The notes below the pieces were generated by a model. It searched no databases, was not told the DNA's origin, and was given only the letters and a program-made list of their open reading frames with translations. Positions 20,924-31,100 of a stretch of DNA of 64,000 nt are shown piece by piece; position 1 is the stretch's first letter; each line of letters begins with the position of its first letter. Made by a program: the position numbers and the translations under genes. The stretch covers positions 1 through 64,000 of the forward strand of contig CAVTCR010000065.1 in the NCBI GenBank assembly GCA_963733195.1, written 5' to 3'. The stretch is from an uncultured delta proteobacterium (GTDB lineage Bacteria; Desulfobacterota; Binatia; Bin18).

Positions 20924-21468
20924 GTCGCTGTTTATCAGAAGAAACCCTCCTCCTATTATACGAAGGAGAGGGAACACGAGAAGACCGTGCCCACCTCACG
21001 AGGTGCCAGGTGTGTACGATCCGTTATGAACGGCTTGGCAAAGACCTCAAACTGCTCGGACAGGTATTACGTGATCCACCACCGCCGCGGTCCGTGGTCG
21101 TCCGAGAGCAACGGTTTCCTGTGTGGCGTTGGGTGCCGATTGCTGTCGCCGGAGCTACGGCTGTGTTGCTGCTGTGGAGTCAAGGGCAATACCTTGAGTT
21201 GCCTCAAGCCCCACTACCGACAACTTCTCCACCATCTGTGATTGCGACGAGTGAAGTTAGCGATGAAGATCTCACGCGCTTTCTGACGAAGACAGTTGGA
21301 CCGGCGATATTCTCGACCGCGGATTTTGGCATAAAGGACCTGCCAAAGCGCGCAACCAATCTCTCCTATCTGCAAGCTGCGCTTGATGGTGAATGGCCAA
21401 ACGAACGCTGCGGAGGGGAGCGTACAAAAGAATGTGATAGCGACCCATTTGCCCTGCTTTTTGACTAG
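20920..21468 (+). CDS. zinc-binding (ZAS) transmembrane anti-sigma factor
   Basis: HLTRCQVC (HxxxCxxC) plus one TM; coupled to the sigma gene. Confidence 0.8.
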   Translation: MSRCLSEETLLLLYEGEGTREDRAHLTRCQVCTIRYERLGKDLKLLGQVLRDPPPPRSVVVREQRFPVWRWVPIAVAGATAVLLLWSQGQYLELPQAPLPTTSPPSVIATSEVSDEDLTRFLTKTVGPAIFSTADFGIKDLPKRATNLSYLQAALDGEWPNERCGGERTKECDSDPFALLFD

Positions 21469-21492
21469 GAAGAGGGCTGAGGAGGCAACTGC

Positions 21493-21999
21493 GTGAAGCA
21501 CTACCTACATTTAGTGATGATTGGACTCCTCGTTGTGAGCCTAGGGGCCACTCCTGTCAATGGACAAGACCTAGGCGGACTCGAATCGCTTGTGACTGGA
21601 AGTGCTCGTGGAGACGGACCAGGAACCTTGGTGCTACTCCTCTTGAAAGGGATTGGGCTCACGCCGGAACAAAAACAACAAGTGAGAGAGATCTTTGTTG
21701 CTCATCGGGGCAGTCTTGAAGATCTTTTTCGCGAGCTGCAAGTCGCGAATGCGACGTTGACGAAAACACTATTCGCTGCTGAAGAGATTGGTCCGACAGA
21801 CATCGCTCCGTATGCTGGACGAGTGGCACAGTTGCGGCAACAATTGCTCCAGGAAGGACTAACGGTTGTACTTAAGGTCCGTCAGGTATTGACTCCAGAG
21901 CAACGAGCGAAAGCGGCACGCCTGCGAGACCAACTGCAAACACTTCAAGGGGCATTAGGAGAATCGCCCCAAGAACAGAGTGGAAAAGCGGCGCGATAA
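21493..21999 (+). CDS. Spy/CpxP-family periplasmic protein
   Basis: signal peptide; two LTPEQ motifs. Confidence 0.85.
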   Translation: MKHYLHLVMIGLLVVSLGATPVNGQDLGGLESLVTGSARGDGPGTLVLLLLKGIGLTPEQKQQVREIFVAHRGSLEDLFRELQVANATLTKTLFAAEEIGPTDIAPYAGRVAQLRQQLLQEGLTVVLKVRQVLTPEQRAKAARLRDQLQTLQGALGESPQEQSGKAAR

Positions 22000-22047
22000 C
22001 GATTTGCAAAGACGAAAGAAGTTCTGAAGACGAAAGGAGTAAAAAAT

Positions 22048-22368
22048 ATGTACCCACTGATTGTTATCCTGAGTATAAGTGTCCTCCTTGGCGTCGGCAT
22101 TTGGGGCTATGCGTATCGTCTTGGATTGCGACACGGTCGCGCGACGAGCGTGCCGTTTCGCCTCATTGACGAACTATTGGATCATAAAATTTACTGTTGT
22201 GGGCAAGACCCTTCGACGGCACGATTTGAACTGGAAAAGTCTTTAGGGCTTGAGGCATGGGAATCGCAATCACTGATACAACATGTGTTGCATCCCTCTC
22301 GCCATACGCATAACCACGGCGATGGCACTGACCTTCCGTCGATGAACAGAACAAAAAAGGTTGCGTAA
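22048..22368 (+). CDS. hypothetical membrane-anchored protein
   Basis: RBS AAGGAG; N-terminal TM. Confidence 0.6.
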   Translation: MYPLIVILSISVLLGVGIWGYAYRLGLRHGRATSVPFRLIDELLDHKIYCCGQDPSTARFELEKSLGLEAWESQSLIQHVLHPSRHTHNHGDGTDLPSMNRTKKVA

Positions 22369-22554
22369 CATCCTGGGCCTATCCCCACAGCTCTTTTCGC
22401 CGCTCATTCACAAGAGCGCACCGTTGGGTCACCGCGCGCAGTGCCCAACCGGAACTAGCGCGGGTTGCCCCCCGCGTCGGTTCCGGAGTAGGCGTGCTAG
22501 AAAAGTGCTCCCCTCCCGTAGTCAGTGAGAAGAGGATACAGTTGAAATAACACT

Positions 22555-22962
22555 ATGCTCTCTCGTCCTCTCTCTCCTGGGTATGCCAAACGTTGCACGA
22601 TTGCGTTGCAGAAATTTGCTCAACCCGGAGATGCAGTTGTCGCGCTCTGCCCCACCTATGATCCATCAGCCACCTGTGGCCTTTGTCAGCGCCCCGCTAT
22701 TTATCGCTGCTTTCCCGTCCAGAATGTGCGCACCGAGGCGGTGCTCATGCTTGGCGTCGAGTGTGTGCAAGCCTATCGGTTATTGGTTAAGAGACTGCGT
22801 CGAGCGAATGAGCAGTACCGTGATCCAGGGGCGATAGCGGCAATCGTCAAACGCTATCAACACCGTGGTCAACTTACAGAAGAACAAGCACGCGATTTTC
22901 TGACTGCGGCTCACGTTGGGAGCGATAAAGAGAAACGTCGCGAACAACGGCAGCGTAGGTGA
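22555..22962 (+). CDS. hypothetical putative Zn-binding protein
   Basis: CGLC...N..T...LGVECV pattern. Confidence 0.55.
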   Translation: MLSRPLSPGYAKRCTIALQKFAQPGDAVVALCPTYDPSATCGLCQRPAIYRCFPVQNVRTEAVLMLGVECVQAYRLLVKRLRRANEQYRDPGAIAAIVKRYQHRGQLTEEQARDFLTAAHVGSDKEKRREQRQRR

Positions 22963-23008
22963 AAAGCGAAACCTACCATCCTATACCAACGCTCTTTTCT
23001 CACGCGAT

Positions 23009-23806
23009 TTATTTCTTGGCAATGTAGACTAACACTCCGTGATTTGCTGTTGCTGCAGTGTCAGTGTAGTCTCCGTGTACGACGACATCACGAAAGCCTG
23101 CCTGCGCTAACAGCATCAGCACCTCATTCTTGAAGTACGAGCGTGCTTGTAGAGAGTTTTCTTCTTCGGCAACCAATTGTCCCGCGCGCCACTGGGCGAC
23201 GCGAATCTGGAGGGTCATTAACTGTTCCAGTGGATCGATGTCCATGATCCGCATGCGCATTTCATATTCAGTGCCGTCTGCTGCCTGTTTTCGTTTTCCT
23301 GATGGCGACCAAGATTCGGGTAACTGCCGACGCTTTTCTGTACTCCAATATTGCCATACCTGGGCATTGGTGTACGGCACATGATGATCGAAGACCAGCA
23401 CTCCACCAGGTTCTAAATGCTGATGGAATCGGCGTAGCGCTTCTACATCCTGTCGGCGATTGCCTCCGAGACCGAAGGCGCCGCAAACAACGATCGTTTT
23501 GTAGGTGCGAGGCAAGGCGAGTTCATGCATCGCCTGAGCATGCAGTCGTGGTGATAATCCCTCACGTTCTGCTTTTTCGCGGCAACGGGCGAGCATGTCT
23601 GATGAGATGTCACAGCCATCGACGTCCAGACCTGCCCGCAAATAGGGCAGTAACAGACGCCCTGTGCCGCAACCGACATCAAGCGCAGGTTGACCGTAAC
23701 GTTCGATGAGCTTTTGGAAGTAGGTGATTTCAGGCCCGCTCTCGTTGAACTCGGCCCACCATTGAGCTACTAAGCCGTAGTGCCAGACCTGAGGTTTTGT
23801 ATCCAT
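23009..23806 (-). CDS. class I SAM-dependent methyltransferase
   Basis: ALDVGCGTGR, HLEPGGVLVFD. Confidence 0.9.
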   Translation of the reverse strand: MDTKPQVWHYGLVAQWWAEFNESGPEITYFQKLIERYGQPALDVGCGTGRLLLPYLRAGLDVDGCDISSDMLARCREKAEREGLSPRLHAQAMHELALPRTYKTIVVCGAFGLGGNRRQDVEALRRFHQHLEPGGVLVFDHHVPYTNAQVWQYWSTEKRRQLPESWSPSGKRKQAADGTEYEMRMRIMDIDPLEQLMTLQIRVAQWRAGQLVAEEENSLQARSYFKNEVLMLLAQAGFRDVVVHGDYTDTAATANHGVLVYIAKK

Positions 23807-23822
23807 CTGACACCCGAAAAAT

Positions 23823-23864
23823 TAAACCGGACGCGAGACTGAGCAGACTCAAACGTCCGGTTTA
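23823..23864. terminator. stem-loop, possible terminator after the Tim44 gene
   Basis: TAAACCGGACG / CGTCCGGTTTA inverted repeat. Confidence 0.45.
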
Positions 23865-23888
23865 GAGATAGTGAGGAAACGCTTTTGC

Positions 23889-24858
23889 TTATGCCTGTTG
23901 TACGGCACTTAACTTCCAAGCATTTGGCCCTACTGGGCGGCTGAACGTCCAGTATTCCTCGAACTGGATGGGGTCAGAGTTGTTGCCACTCACGACTGCG
24001 CCGCTCTTAGCATCGACAGTGTAATCCAACAGATTCGCCAACAGCCTTACACTAATGTAGTCTTTGCCGGTCTCCGTCCACACTTCGGTGATCTTGCTTT
24101 CACGCAGGGCGATGTTTTCCATTTTGTTCTGTTGGCCACGCGCGCGGAGGTCGTTCAGTTCTTGGTCCCAAATCTGCATGAGCTCGCTGTCACACAGCGA
24201 ACGTAAGGTCCCCGTATCCTGCTTGTTCCATGCGCCCTGCACTTTGAAGAACATGTCTTGAGCAGTTTTGAGAAATTGTTCCGGAGTGAAACTCTGGTCC
24301 ATCGCCGTAAGCGTTCGGTAGTCGATCTGATCGATTGGCGGTGCTTCTTGGACTGGGGTGCTGGCGGGAGCTCGATAGTCAAAGTTATTGGGTGTTTGGG
24401 AACTGGTCCTCTGATACTGCACTGAACCGGGGCCGCTTGCTACTGCTGGGCTAAGAAATCTGCGATAGAGAAAATAACCGATGCCAGCCAAGAGTAATAA
24501 CTCAATCATGCCAAATCCGCTGCCGCCGACGCCGCCGCCGACCACCTGCGTGAGCGAAGCTAGAAAAAAGCATGGACCCCAAGAAACCACCGAGCATGGC
24601 CGTACCGAACGTACGCATGAAGCCACCAGGTGCCATCGGGGAGCGTTGTTGTGGTGCTCCTGAGTCCCAACGCTGCTGAGCCGGATTGTCAGGTGCCTGT
24701 CGCGCGGGGGACTGAGAACTTCTCGAACCACGAAAACCGCCAGAACGACCGCCGCCAGCGCGGGCCTCAGCGTAACTTTCCAGGACGATTTGTGATGCTA
24801 AGAAAAAAGCAAAAGCCCCTACCACTGAAAAAAACAAGCGACGTAGCGAAATAGACAT
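23889..24858 (-). CDS. Tim44-domain protein (one frameshift near 24570)
   Basis: EARAGGGRSGGFRGSRS N-terminus; FEEYWTFSR..WKLSAVQQ C-terminus. Confidence 0.88.
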
Positions 24859-25182
24859 AAACTCTCTCCTTTTGACGTAAGGTTAGATATAGACCGTGAG
24901 AAAAATCAAGCGAGTGTTTTGCGATCCTTTTGAATCTCGCTTCTTCTTTTCTCGCCTACCCATACCGACTGACTAGCGAGCATATCATCGCAGCCTCACG
25001 TCTGAAATACACCGTCTCTATGGAAAAGGGCAGCGGAGAAGCCATACGATGCGACTCTCTGAAGGGAGGACTGTTCTCATTGCCATAATGGCCAGATGTT
25101 TGGCTCTGCTGTGTACCGTATCGCTGCCACGTTGCGATATGGGTCCAGGGGCCATGCCCACTGACGTCTCCTGAGTACTGAA

Positions 25183-25247
25183 GTATAACGTCGAACACTG
25201 AGGGGCGCGAACGGAGTGAGCGTCCCTTCTCCAGTGTTGTGTTAGGC
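25183..25247 (-). other. integron attC site (65 bp)
   Basis: minus strand GCCTAAC-ACAAC-ACTGGAG..CTCAGT-..-GTTATAC with internal palindrome, just downstream of the O-methyltransferase stop. Confidence 0.8.
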
Positions 25248-25465
25248 ATCATAGCTCTGCTTAGCAGGCAACCTTTGCTTTTGTCCACTCTACTATGCCC
25301 GTGCACCCTCGATCACACTCATGGCGGATTGGGTCGGGGTAACCTTCGTCAGCCTGAAGCCCGACGCTTCGAAGAGGACGCGGTACTCAACCTCCGTGCG
25401 CTCACGCCCCCCGTTCATTACCATCATGTTCAGATCGGACAGGACCAAGGCTTGCGCTGCGCTAG

Positions 25466-27154
25466 CCCGGATTATTCATGAAGGATGCGGGACGAAACGG
25501 CTCGCCTCTGCTAAGGTCTGAAGCTGTCAAGACTTTCGGACCAGTCGCAAAGGAGCGAGCCGATGGCAGAGTGTATTGCACAACTCGCGCTGAACTTCCA
25601 TCCGACCCACCTGATCACAGTAGCCTTTGATGCGCCCCATATCTCCAGTGATGGCGGTGCGCTGTTGCTGCGCCAAATGGATGATCGCTTGGGATTGAGC
25701 GAGCGCTTGGCGGCGTTGCTCCCGGATGCGCGCGATCCGCGCAAAGTCAAACATGATCGCCGCGAGCAAATGCGGCAGCGGCTCTACCAGATTGCCTTGG
25801 GGTATCCGGACTGCAACGATGCCGACCGGTTGCGGCAGGACCCGGTCCTCAAGAGTGTGTGTGATCGCTCCCCTCAAGCCGCAGGGCTCTCCTCGCAACC
25901 GACGCTCTCGCGGTTGGAGAACGCGGTGGACATAGGGAGGCTGCGGGCGCTCGTCTGTGAGATTGAGGAACAGTATGTGAGGTCTTTCATCGGAGGCGCC
26001 GGACGTGATCGTCTTGGATATTGACTCCACGGACGATCCCACCCATGGCCAACAGCAACTCTCCTTCTTCCACGGGTATTACGATCAGCACATGTATCAT
26101 CCCTTGGTGATCTTTGATGGAGAGCGGGGCCAGCTGGTGAGTGCGGTGCTGCGTCCGGGCAATGCCCATGCGGCGCGCGGCGCGATGGGCGTCCTCCGCC
26201 GGATTATTCGTCGCCTCAAGCAGCGCTTTCCGCAGTCGCAGATTGTGGTGCGGGGCGATTCGGCGTTTGCGGTCCCGCGCGTGTTGCGGATGCTGGAGGA
26301 ACTGAATCGGGAGCTGGGCGGCATCGCCTACGTCGTGGGGCTCGCCCAGAATGCCGTCCTGCTCCGCTCCGGCGCGGCAGCCTTGAGCGAAGCCCGCCGC
26401 CGCTTTCAGGCCACGAAGCAGACCGTGCAACACTTTGACGCCTTTGCCTATGCGGCGGAGAGCTGGCCGCAGGCCCGGCACGTCGTCATGAAAGCGGAAG
26501 TCAGTGAGCACGGCGCCAATCCCCGTTTTGTGGTGACCTCGCTCCCGGAGTTCGCTCCCGCGCTGCTCTATCACGCGTATTGTGAGCGGGGCCAGTGTGA
26601 GAATTTTATTAAAGACTTCAAAAATGCGCTGCAGGCCGATCGCCTCTCCTGTTCCACGTTTGCGGCCAACTTCTTTCGCTTGCTCGAACACGCGGCGGCC
26701 TATGTGCTCTTCCATGCCCTGCGCACTCAGGTGGCCCCGCTGGCGCCGCAGCTGGGCCGGGCGCAATTCGATACGCTCCGGCTGCAGCTCTTAAAAGTGG
26801 CGGCGATTGTCTCGCAGTCGACGCGCCGGCTGCTCGTCCGGCTCCCGTTCGCTTTTCCTTTGGCACGCGTGTTCCGCGCAACTGGCCACGACACTCGCGG
26901 GGCTGCCCGTCCTGTCCTCCGCGTAATCATTCCCTCCTCACAGAAAGTTTTCCTCTCGTTTCGCTGTCGCCCTTACGTCAGCAGGGAGGAGTCCGTCTCC
27001 TCTTGCCCTCAGGCACCTCAGTTGGCCTGCTCGGCCGCTTGCGTTTCTTGCTCTTTTTTCTCTGTTCTTCACTATTTGTCAGATTGCACGATTCGCATCG
27101 GACTGTTCTGATACAGCTTCCCACCTTCCTCTCTTCGTTCATGAATAATCCGGG
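25466..27154 (+). mobile_element. IS1380-family insertion sequence (1689 bp)
   Basis: 17-bp perfect terminal IR CCCGGATTATTCATGAA; CTAG target duplication at 25462-25465 and 27155-27158. Confidence 0.93.
25563..26935 (+). CDS. IS1380-family transposase (frameshifts; 3' end approximate)
   Basis: SSDGGALLL, SQPTLSRLEN, LDIDST, VRGDSAF, RGQCENFIKDFK. Confidence 0.9.
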
Positions 27155-28067
27155 CTAGAGGATTCCACTCGAACTGGGAGCACCCGTTCGATGAGGAGGA
27201 GCTTCCCCTGCTCGGTCATAGCGCGGTGGCAGTTCTTGAGGATCGTGACCGCGTGGTTGTCATCCCAATCATGAATAACTCGGGAGAGAATATAGGCGTC
27301 TCCTCCACCTGGCACCGAGGTGAGGGCATCGCCTGCCATAACTTCGCAGCGTCCTGTCAAGCCAGCATCGGCGATCCGCTGCTTCGCTCTTTCAGCGACA
27401 TGGGGGAGATCGAAGAGGATTCCCTTCATCTTCGGATTTGCTTGGAGGAGGATAACAAGCAGACTGCCATCTCCGCCCCCTACATCGACCACCTGCTCGA
27501 TCGTTGAGAACGGGTAGCTGGCCAGTACGGCGGCATTGTATACGCCGATAAGGTTCGCCATCGCCTCGTCGAAGCGCTTAGCCTTCTCGGGATGCTGGGC
27601 GCGATGCTGCCATACGCCCATCCCAAAGACATGGTCGAAGGCTATCTCCCCCGTTCGCACGCTGTGCATCAGCTCGCCCCACGCCTGGTAATGGTCTTCC
27701 CCCAATTGCACAGTTGCCAGGCGCGCAGCGAGCCGGGACCATCGCTCCGCAGCGTGGCTGCGAGGGGAGTCAGTGTAAAGCGGCCCCGGTCATCTTCAGC
27801 GAAGACCCCCACACTGGCTAGCGCCCGCAGCACGCGGTAGAGGGAGGGCGCGTGTGTGCCGGTGGCTACGGCCAGCTCAGTAGCAGTCCTGGCTTGGTCC
27901 TGGACGAGGTCGGCGATGCCAAGCTTGGCGGCGATGTACAGGGCCCGTGACACCCAGAAGCCTGCAATCATCTGAAGCATCGCCACGGGCGGCGGAATAT
28001 CATCACTAGTAGTGCGATCGTGTTCACTCATGATCTACCCCTCCTGCAAATGTTGAGCGTGAAGAAC

Positions 28068-28165
28068 GTCTAACGTCCGCCTCGCCGCCGCGGCCCAACC
28101 GTATCCTTTCGCATTCACTCAGAACCGCTCGCGGGCCGCGGTCAGGCTGGAGGCGGGGGTTAGGC
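28068..28165 (-). other. integron attC site (98 bp)
   Basis: minus strand GCCTAAC (contains the gene TAA)-CCCCG-CCTCCAGC..CCGCGGCCC/GGGCCGCGG..GTTAGAC. Confidence 0.85.
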
Positions 28166-28750
28166 GATTGGAGGCAAGACCTCTTGAAAGAGGATGCTGA
28201 GCAACTGGCTCCCTTCGGGGCGGCTCCAATCCTGGGCGAGTTCTGCCATGAGCGTGTTAGTCGCGGTCAATACAACCCCTTCTCGCTCCATGCGCCGTCG
28301 TGACATTTCTTCGGATATTTCATAAGGCGACCCCGAAGCATCCATGACCGCTTGGACTTGATAGCCTTCGCGGCAGGCACTAATGGTCGGGAACACCAAG
28401 CACACATCCGTTGTTACGCCGGCCATGATGAGATTTCTACGGCCAGTCGATTCGACCGCCTGCTTGAAGTGTGGGTCGTTCCAGGCATTGACGATCCCAG
28501 CGCGCTTGACTCTCGCCGCAAACGCCTCAGGAAGAATCTGTTCGAGCTCCGGCATTAAGGGCCCCTGCTGGTTCTGCTCTTGAGAACTGGTGAGAATGAC
28601 AGGAATACCCAGGAGCTTGGCCGTTTTCGCGAGCGCCAGGGTGTTACGTTTGACTACATCCAGCGGGATGTTCTTGATGAGCTTCATCGTACCCAGTTGA
28701 TGATCGATAAGTAAAAGAGCGCTATCAGTTGGGGAAAACGTCCCAATCAT
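28160..28750 (-). CDS. isochorismatase-family hydrolase (YcaC-like)
   Basis: LLLIDHQ, NAW, AGVTTDVC, DASGS. Confidence 0.9.
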   Translation of the reverse strand: MIGTFSPTDSALLLIDHQLGTMKLIKNIPLDVVKRNTLALAKTAKLLGIPVILTSSQEQNQQGPLMPELEQILPEAFAARVKRAGIVNAWNDPHFKQAVESTGRRNLIMAGVTTDVCLVFPTISACREGYQVQAVMDASGSPYEISEEMSRRRMEREGVVLTATNTLMAELAQDWSRPEGSQLLSILFQEVLPPIA

Positions 28751-28868
28751 TTCACTATCCTCCGTTGAATTTGCCGCCTGCTATAAAGTAGGCGGCTAAG
28801 TCCTTGAATTCATTGAATAGCACCTTCCTTCTACTTTCATAGGTGGTGGCGACGTCCCACGTCATGAA

Positions 28869-28959
28869 GGCTAACGCCAAGGATTTAATCCGACCTGCCG
28901 TACCACAGTGAGACCACTCCCCGGTCTACTCGTCCCAGGGCGGATAAATCCTGTTGGAC
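28869..28959 (-). other. atypical attC site (91 bp)
   Basis: minus strand GTCCAAC-AGGATTTATCCG..CGGATTAAATCCT-TGGC-GTTAGCC. Confidence 0.65.
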
Positions 28960-29459
28960 GGAACCGCGGCCCCACAGGCCGTCGACGCTATGGGGATTCT
29001 ATCGAGTCTAGGGAGTCCTGCCAATGGTTGCACGAGCGGTGAAACGGGCAGCGACCAAGCGGAGGAGCAGACGGACTGGCGCAAGAGGCGTGGCAAGAGC
29101 AGGAGTATCGGCTCTGATTGCTCGCGAGAAGAGGGAAGAGCCAGGATGTGAACGCACGGGACCAGACCGCTCGGTGAGGGGAGGCACGAGTAGTGAGGAG
29201 TGCCACAAGGGCAGAGTAGGAACGGCGTGGAGACGGGTCATGGCGGGAGACCTCGCTGGGGAGCCAGGAGGGCGATGATCCGCCAGGAACTCCCGGCACA
29301 GTGGAGGCACCGTGCGGAAACGGCGGACGGAGCGCTCGGGTCCGGCTGAGAGCCGGGCGGCACGCCCCACGGCCGCTCGACTTCTGGCCCACCAGAACCG
29401 GCACCAGAGTCGCCCTCCGCGGCCTTTTTTTCATCGGAGAGGGTGAGGCCTGGCCTCTT

Positions 29460-29481
29460 CACCGGCTGATAGGGGTTAGCG
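29460..29481 (-). other. half attC (R'' end) closing the DUF4258 cassette
   Basis: minus strand TTGCCCGCTAAC matches the cassette start GTTAGTGTGCAA at 10 of 12 positions; no partner arm found. Confidence 0.5.
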
Positions 29482-29493
29482 GGCAACCCATCC

Positions 29494-29709
29494 TTAGACA
29501 TGCACCGGCGTAAGCTGAAACACCCGCGCTAGTTGGCTTGCTTGTGTGAGGTCCCCTCGATGCAACGCTTTCCGTACCGCATCTAGCTTCTGCGCATCGG
29601 CGAGAGACAGAGACGGGGACCACCCTTCTTCCGTTTCGATCAAGGTCACCTCAACTTCGGCGGCATACTGTCCTTCGTGAATCAGTTTGGTGTGGCGTCG
29701 TTTGCTCAT
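29494..29709 (-). CDS. small hypothetical partner of DUF4258 protein (putative antitoxin)
   Basis: ATGA overlap with the DUF4258 gene; 71 aa. Confidence 0.75.
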   Translation of the reverse strand: MSKRRHTKLIHEGQYAAEVEVTLIETEEGWSPSLSLADAQKLDAVRKALHRGDLTQASQLARVFQLTPVHV

Positions 29710-30029
29710 TGTTTTTTCCTCAGCAGATTTTCACTCCAACGGTTCGGATCTGGTCGGTACGCCGTCACCACGACAGCGGGGGTGGTGGTGTTTTTGGCAA
29801 TTCCCCATACCACATGTATCGGCTGGCCTTGCCCATCGTGCTGCAACACCAGCACGCACGGCCCTTTGTGGTAGGTTGGGTAATCTTCAACCACGACGGC
29901 CTTGTCGATACCCGCTACAATGTCATCAATGAAAATATTATCCTCGGCCAACTCGTCATAGCCATGGTCCGAGACGTGCACTTCACGGCGAGCCACCAAC
30001 TCACGAATCTGTTGCAACGTTTGACTCAT
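29706..30029 (-). CDS. DUF4258-domain protein (RelE-like putative toxin)
   Basis: [30 protein letters not shown]. Confidence 0.85.
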   Translation of the reverse strand: MSQTLQQIRELVARREVHVSDHGYDELAEDNIFIDDIVAGIDKAVVVEDYPTYHKGPCVLVLQHDGQGQPIHVVWGIAKNTTTPAVVVTAYRPDPNRWSENLLRKKQ

Positions 30030-30107
30030 TGACCCTCGGATCAAGAAGGACAACTCCTCTCAGGAACTCATCGTATCCAGAACCACCGATCAGTTCCAGA
30101 GCTTGCA

Positions 30108-30206
30108 CACTAACGGTCCCAGTCACCGTTTGCCGCCCCATCGTGTCCTTTCAGGTTCAGCAGTCTCCGCACGCGGGCGGCAAAACGGTGCAGGCGCTTG
30201 CTATAT
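30108..30206 (-). other. integron attC site (99 bp; R'' AAC changed to AGC)
   Basis: minus strand ATATAGC-AAGCG-CCTGCACC-GTTTTGCCGCCC..GGGCGGCAAAC-GGTGACT-GGGACC-GTTAGTG. Confidence 0.8.
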
Positions 30207-30292
30207 TTCGTTTGACGTAGTGCCATTGGCAAACGACAATCGAGCGTGCGCATCCTACGCCATTTCCAGCACCCTGAATACGCGCGGCACAC

Positions 30293-31086
30293 TTATTTCG
30301 CTGTCAGAATCCACGTAACGATTAGGTCAAGGTCAGTATTCGGTATGTCGGAGTGCGCAGGCATGGGAATCATGCCCCACACTCCCGCGCTGCCATTTTT
30401 CACCTGCATGACAAGGTACGTGGCTGCGTCCGTCTGGGTGCGATATTTTGCTGCAACCTCTTTGAACGCCGGCCCAATGCCTTTCGTTTCCGCGGTGTGA
30501 CACGCCACGCAGCCATACTTCGCCAACATCCCTTCCACACCCGCCGCAGGCAATGCCGGCTGCAGCGAAACCGGAGGGGCGGAGCGTTGGGAGTCGGCGT
30601 CGCGTTGGTCGCAAGATCTTCATACGAAGTGGTCGGCACCACATTCGGCACGGGCTGTGACTTGAGATAGGTCACGATCATCCATATGCCTTCACTCCCC
30701 AACACCCCGCCGTACGCGGGCATGCCCTTCGCTCGGCCATAGAAGATCGAGTGGAAGATTTCTGCGTCCGCGCCGCCATAGTGCCAACGCCCATCGACTA
30801 GACTCGGCCCGATCGACCCTAGCGCACCACCGCCATGGCACCCGTCGCAGTTCATAGCGGAGAACAGTCTCGCCCCTGTTTGCGCGCTCTGCAAATCGTC
30901 CTTGTAGGGATTCTCGAGCGTGACGCCGGCCGCATTCACCCCACCAGCGGAAACGTTGGCTTCGGAGCGGATCGCCACAGGTCCATCGCTCGAATCCCCA
31001 GCCTCCGCGTCGCACTTGATACAGGGAAACGTGGCAACGCATGCTGCCAGGACGTAGGCTACGGCCCAGGCATTTCGCAGTCTCAT
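30293..31086 (-). CDS. periplasmic cytochrome c, probably two haem domains (XoxG/cL-like + c551-like), frameshift near 30570
   Basis: signal peptide; CDGCH..GPSL..W.YGG..IF.SI..G...GMP, then CVACH..GPAFKEVA..G.WG.IPMP. Confidence 0.8.
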
Positions 31087-31100
31087 ATGTCGTCTCCCCT

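Larger units (their letters stand above)
25293..28031 (-). pseudogene. O-methyltransferase (dimerisation + Methyltransf_2) interrupted by IS1380
   Basis: VVDVGGGDG and SRVIHDWDD; C-terminus DLNMMVMNGGRERT lies left of the IS; removing the IS restores the frame ...VESSSAAQA... Confidence 0.9.

Noticed and set aside
23009-24858. Extension of the cassette array to the Tim44 and methyltransferase genes
   Set aside because: Co-oriented, but no attC found after either gene
28960-29475. Group IIC-attC intron
   Set aside because: No GTGCG 5' end at the attC junction, no domain V/VI motif and no reverse transcriptase ORF seen
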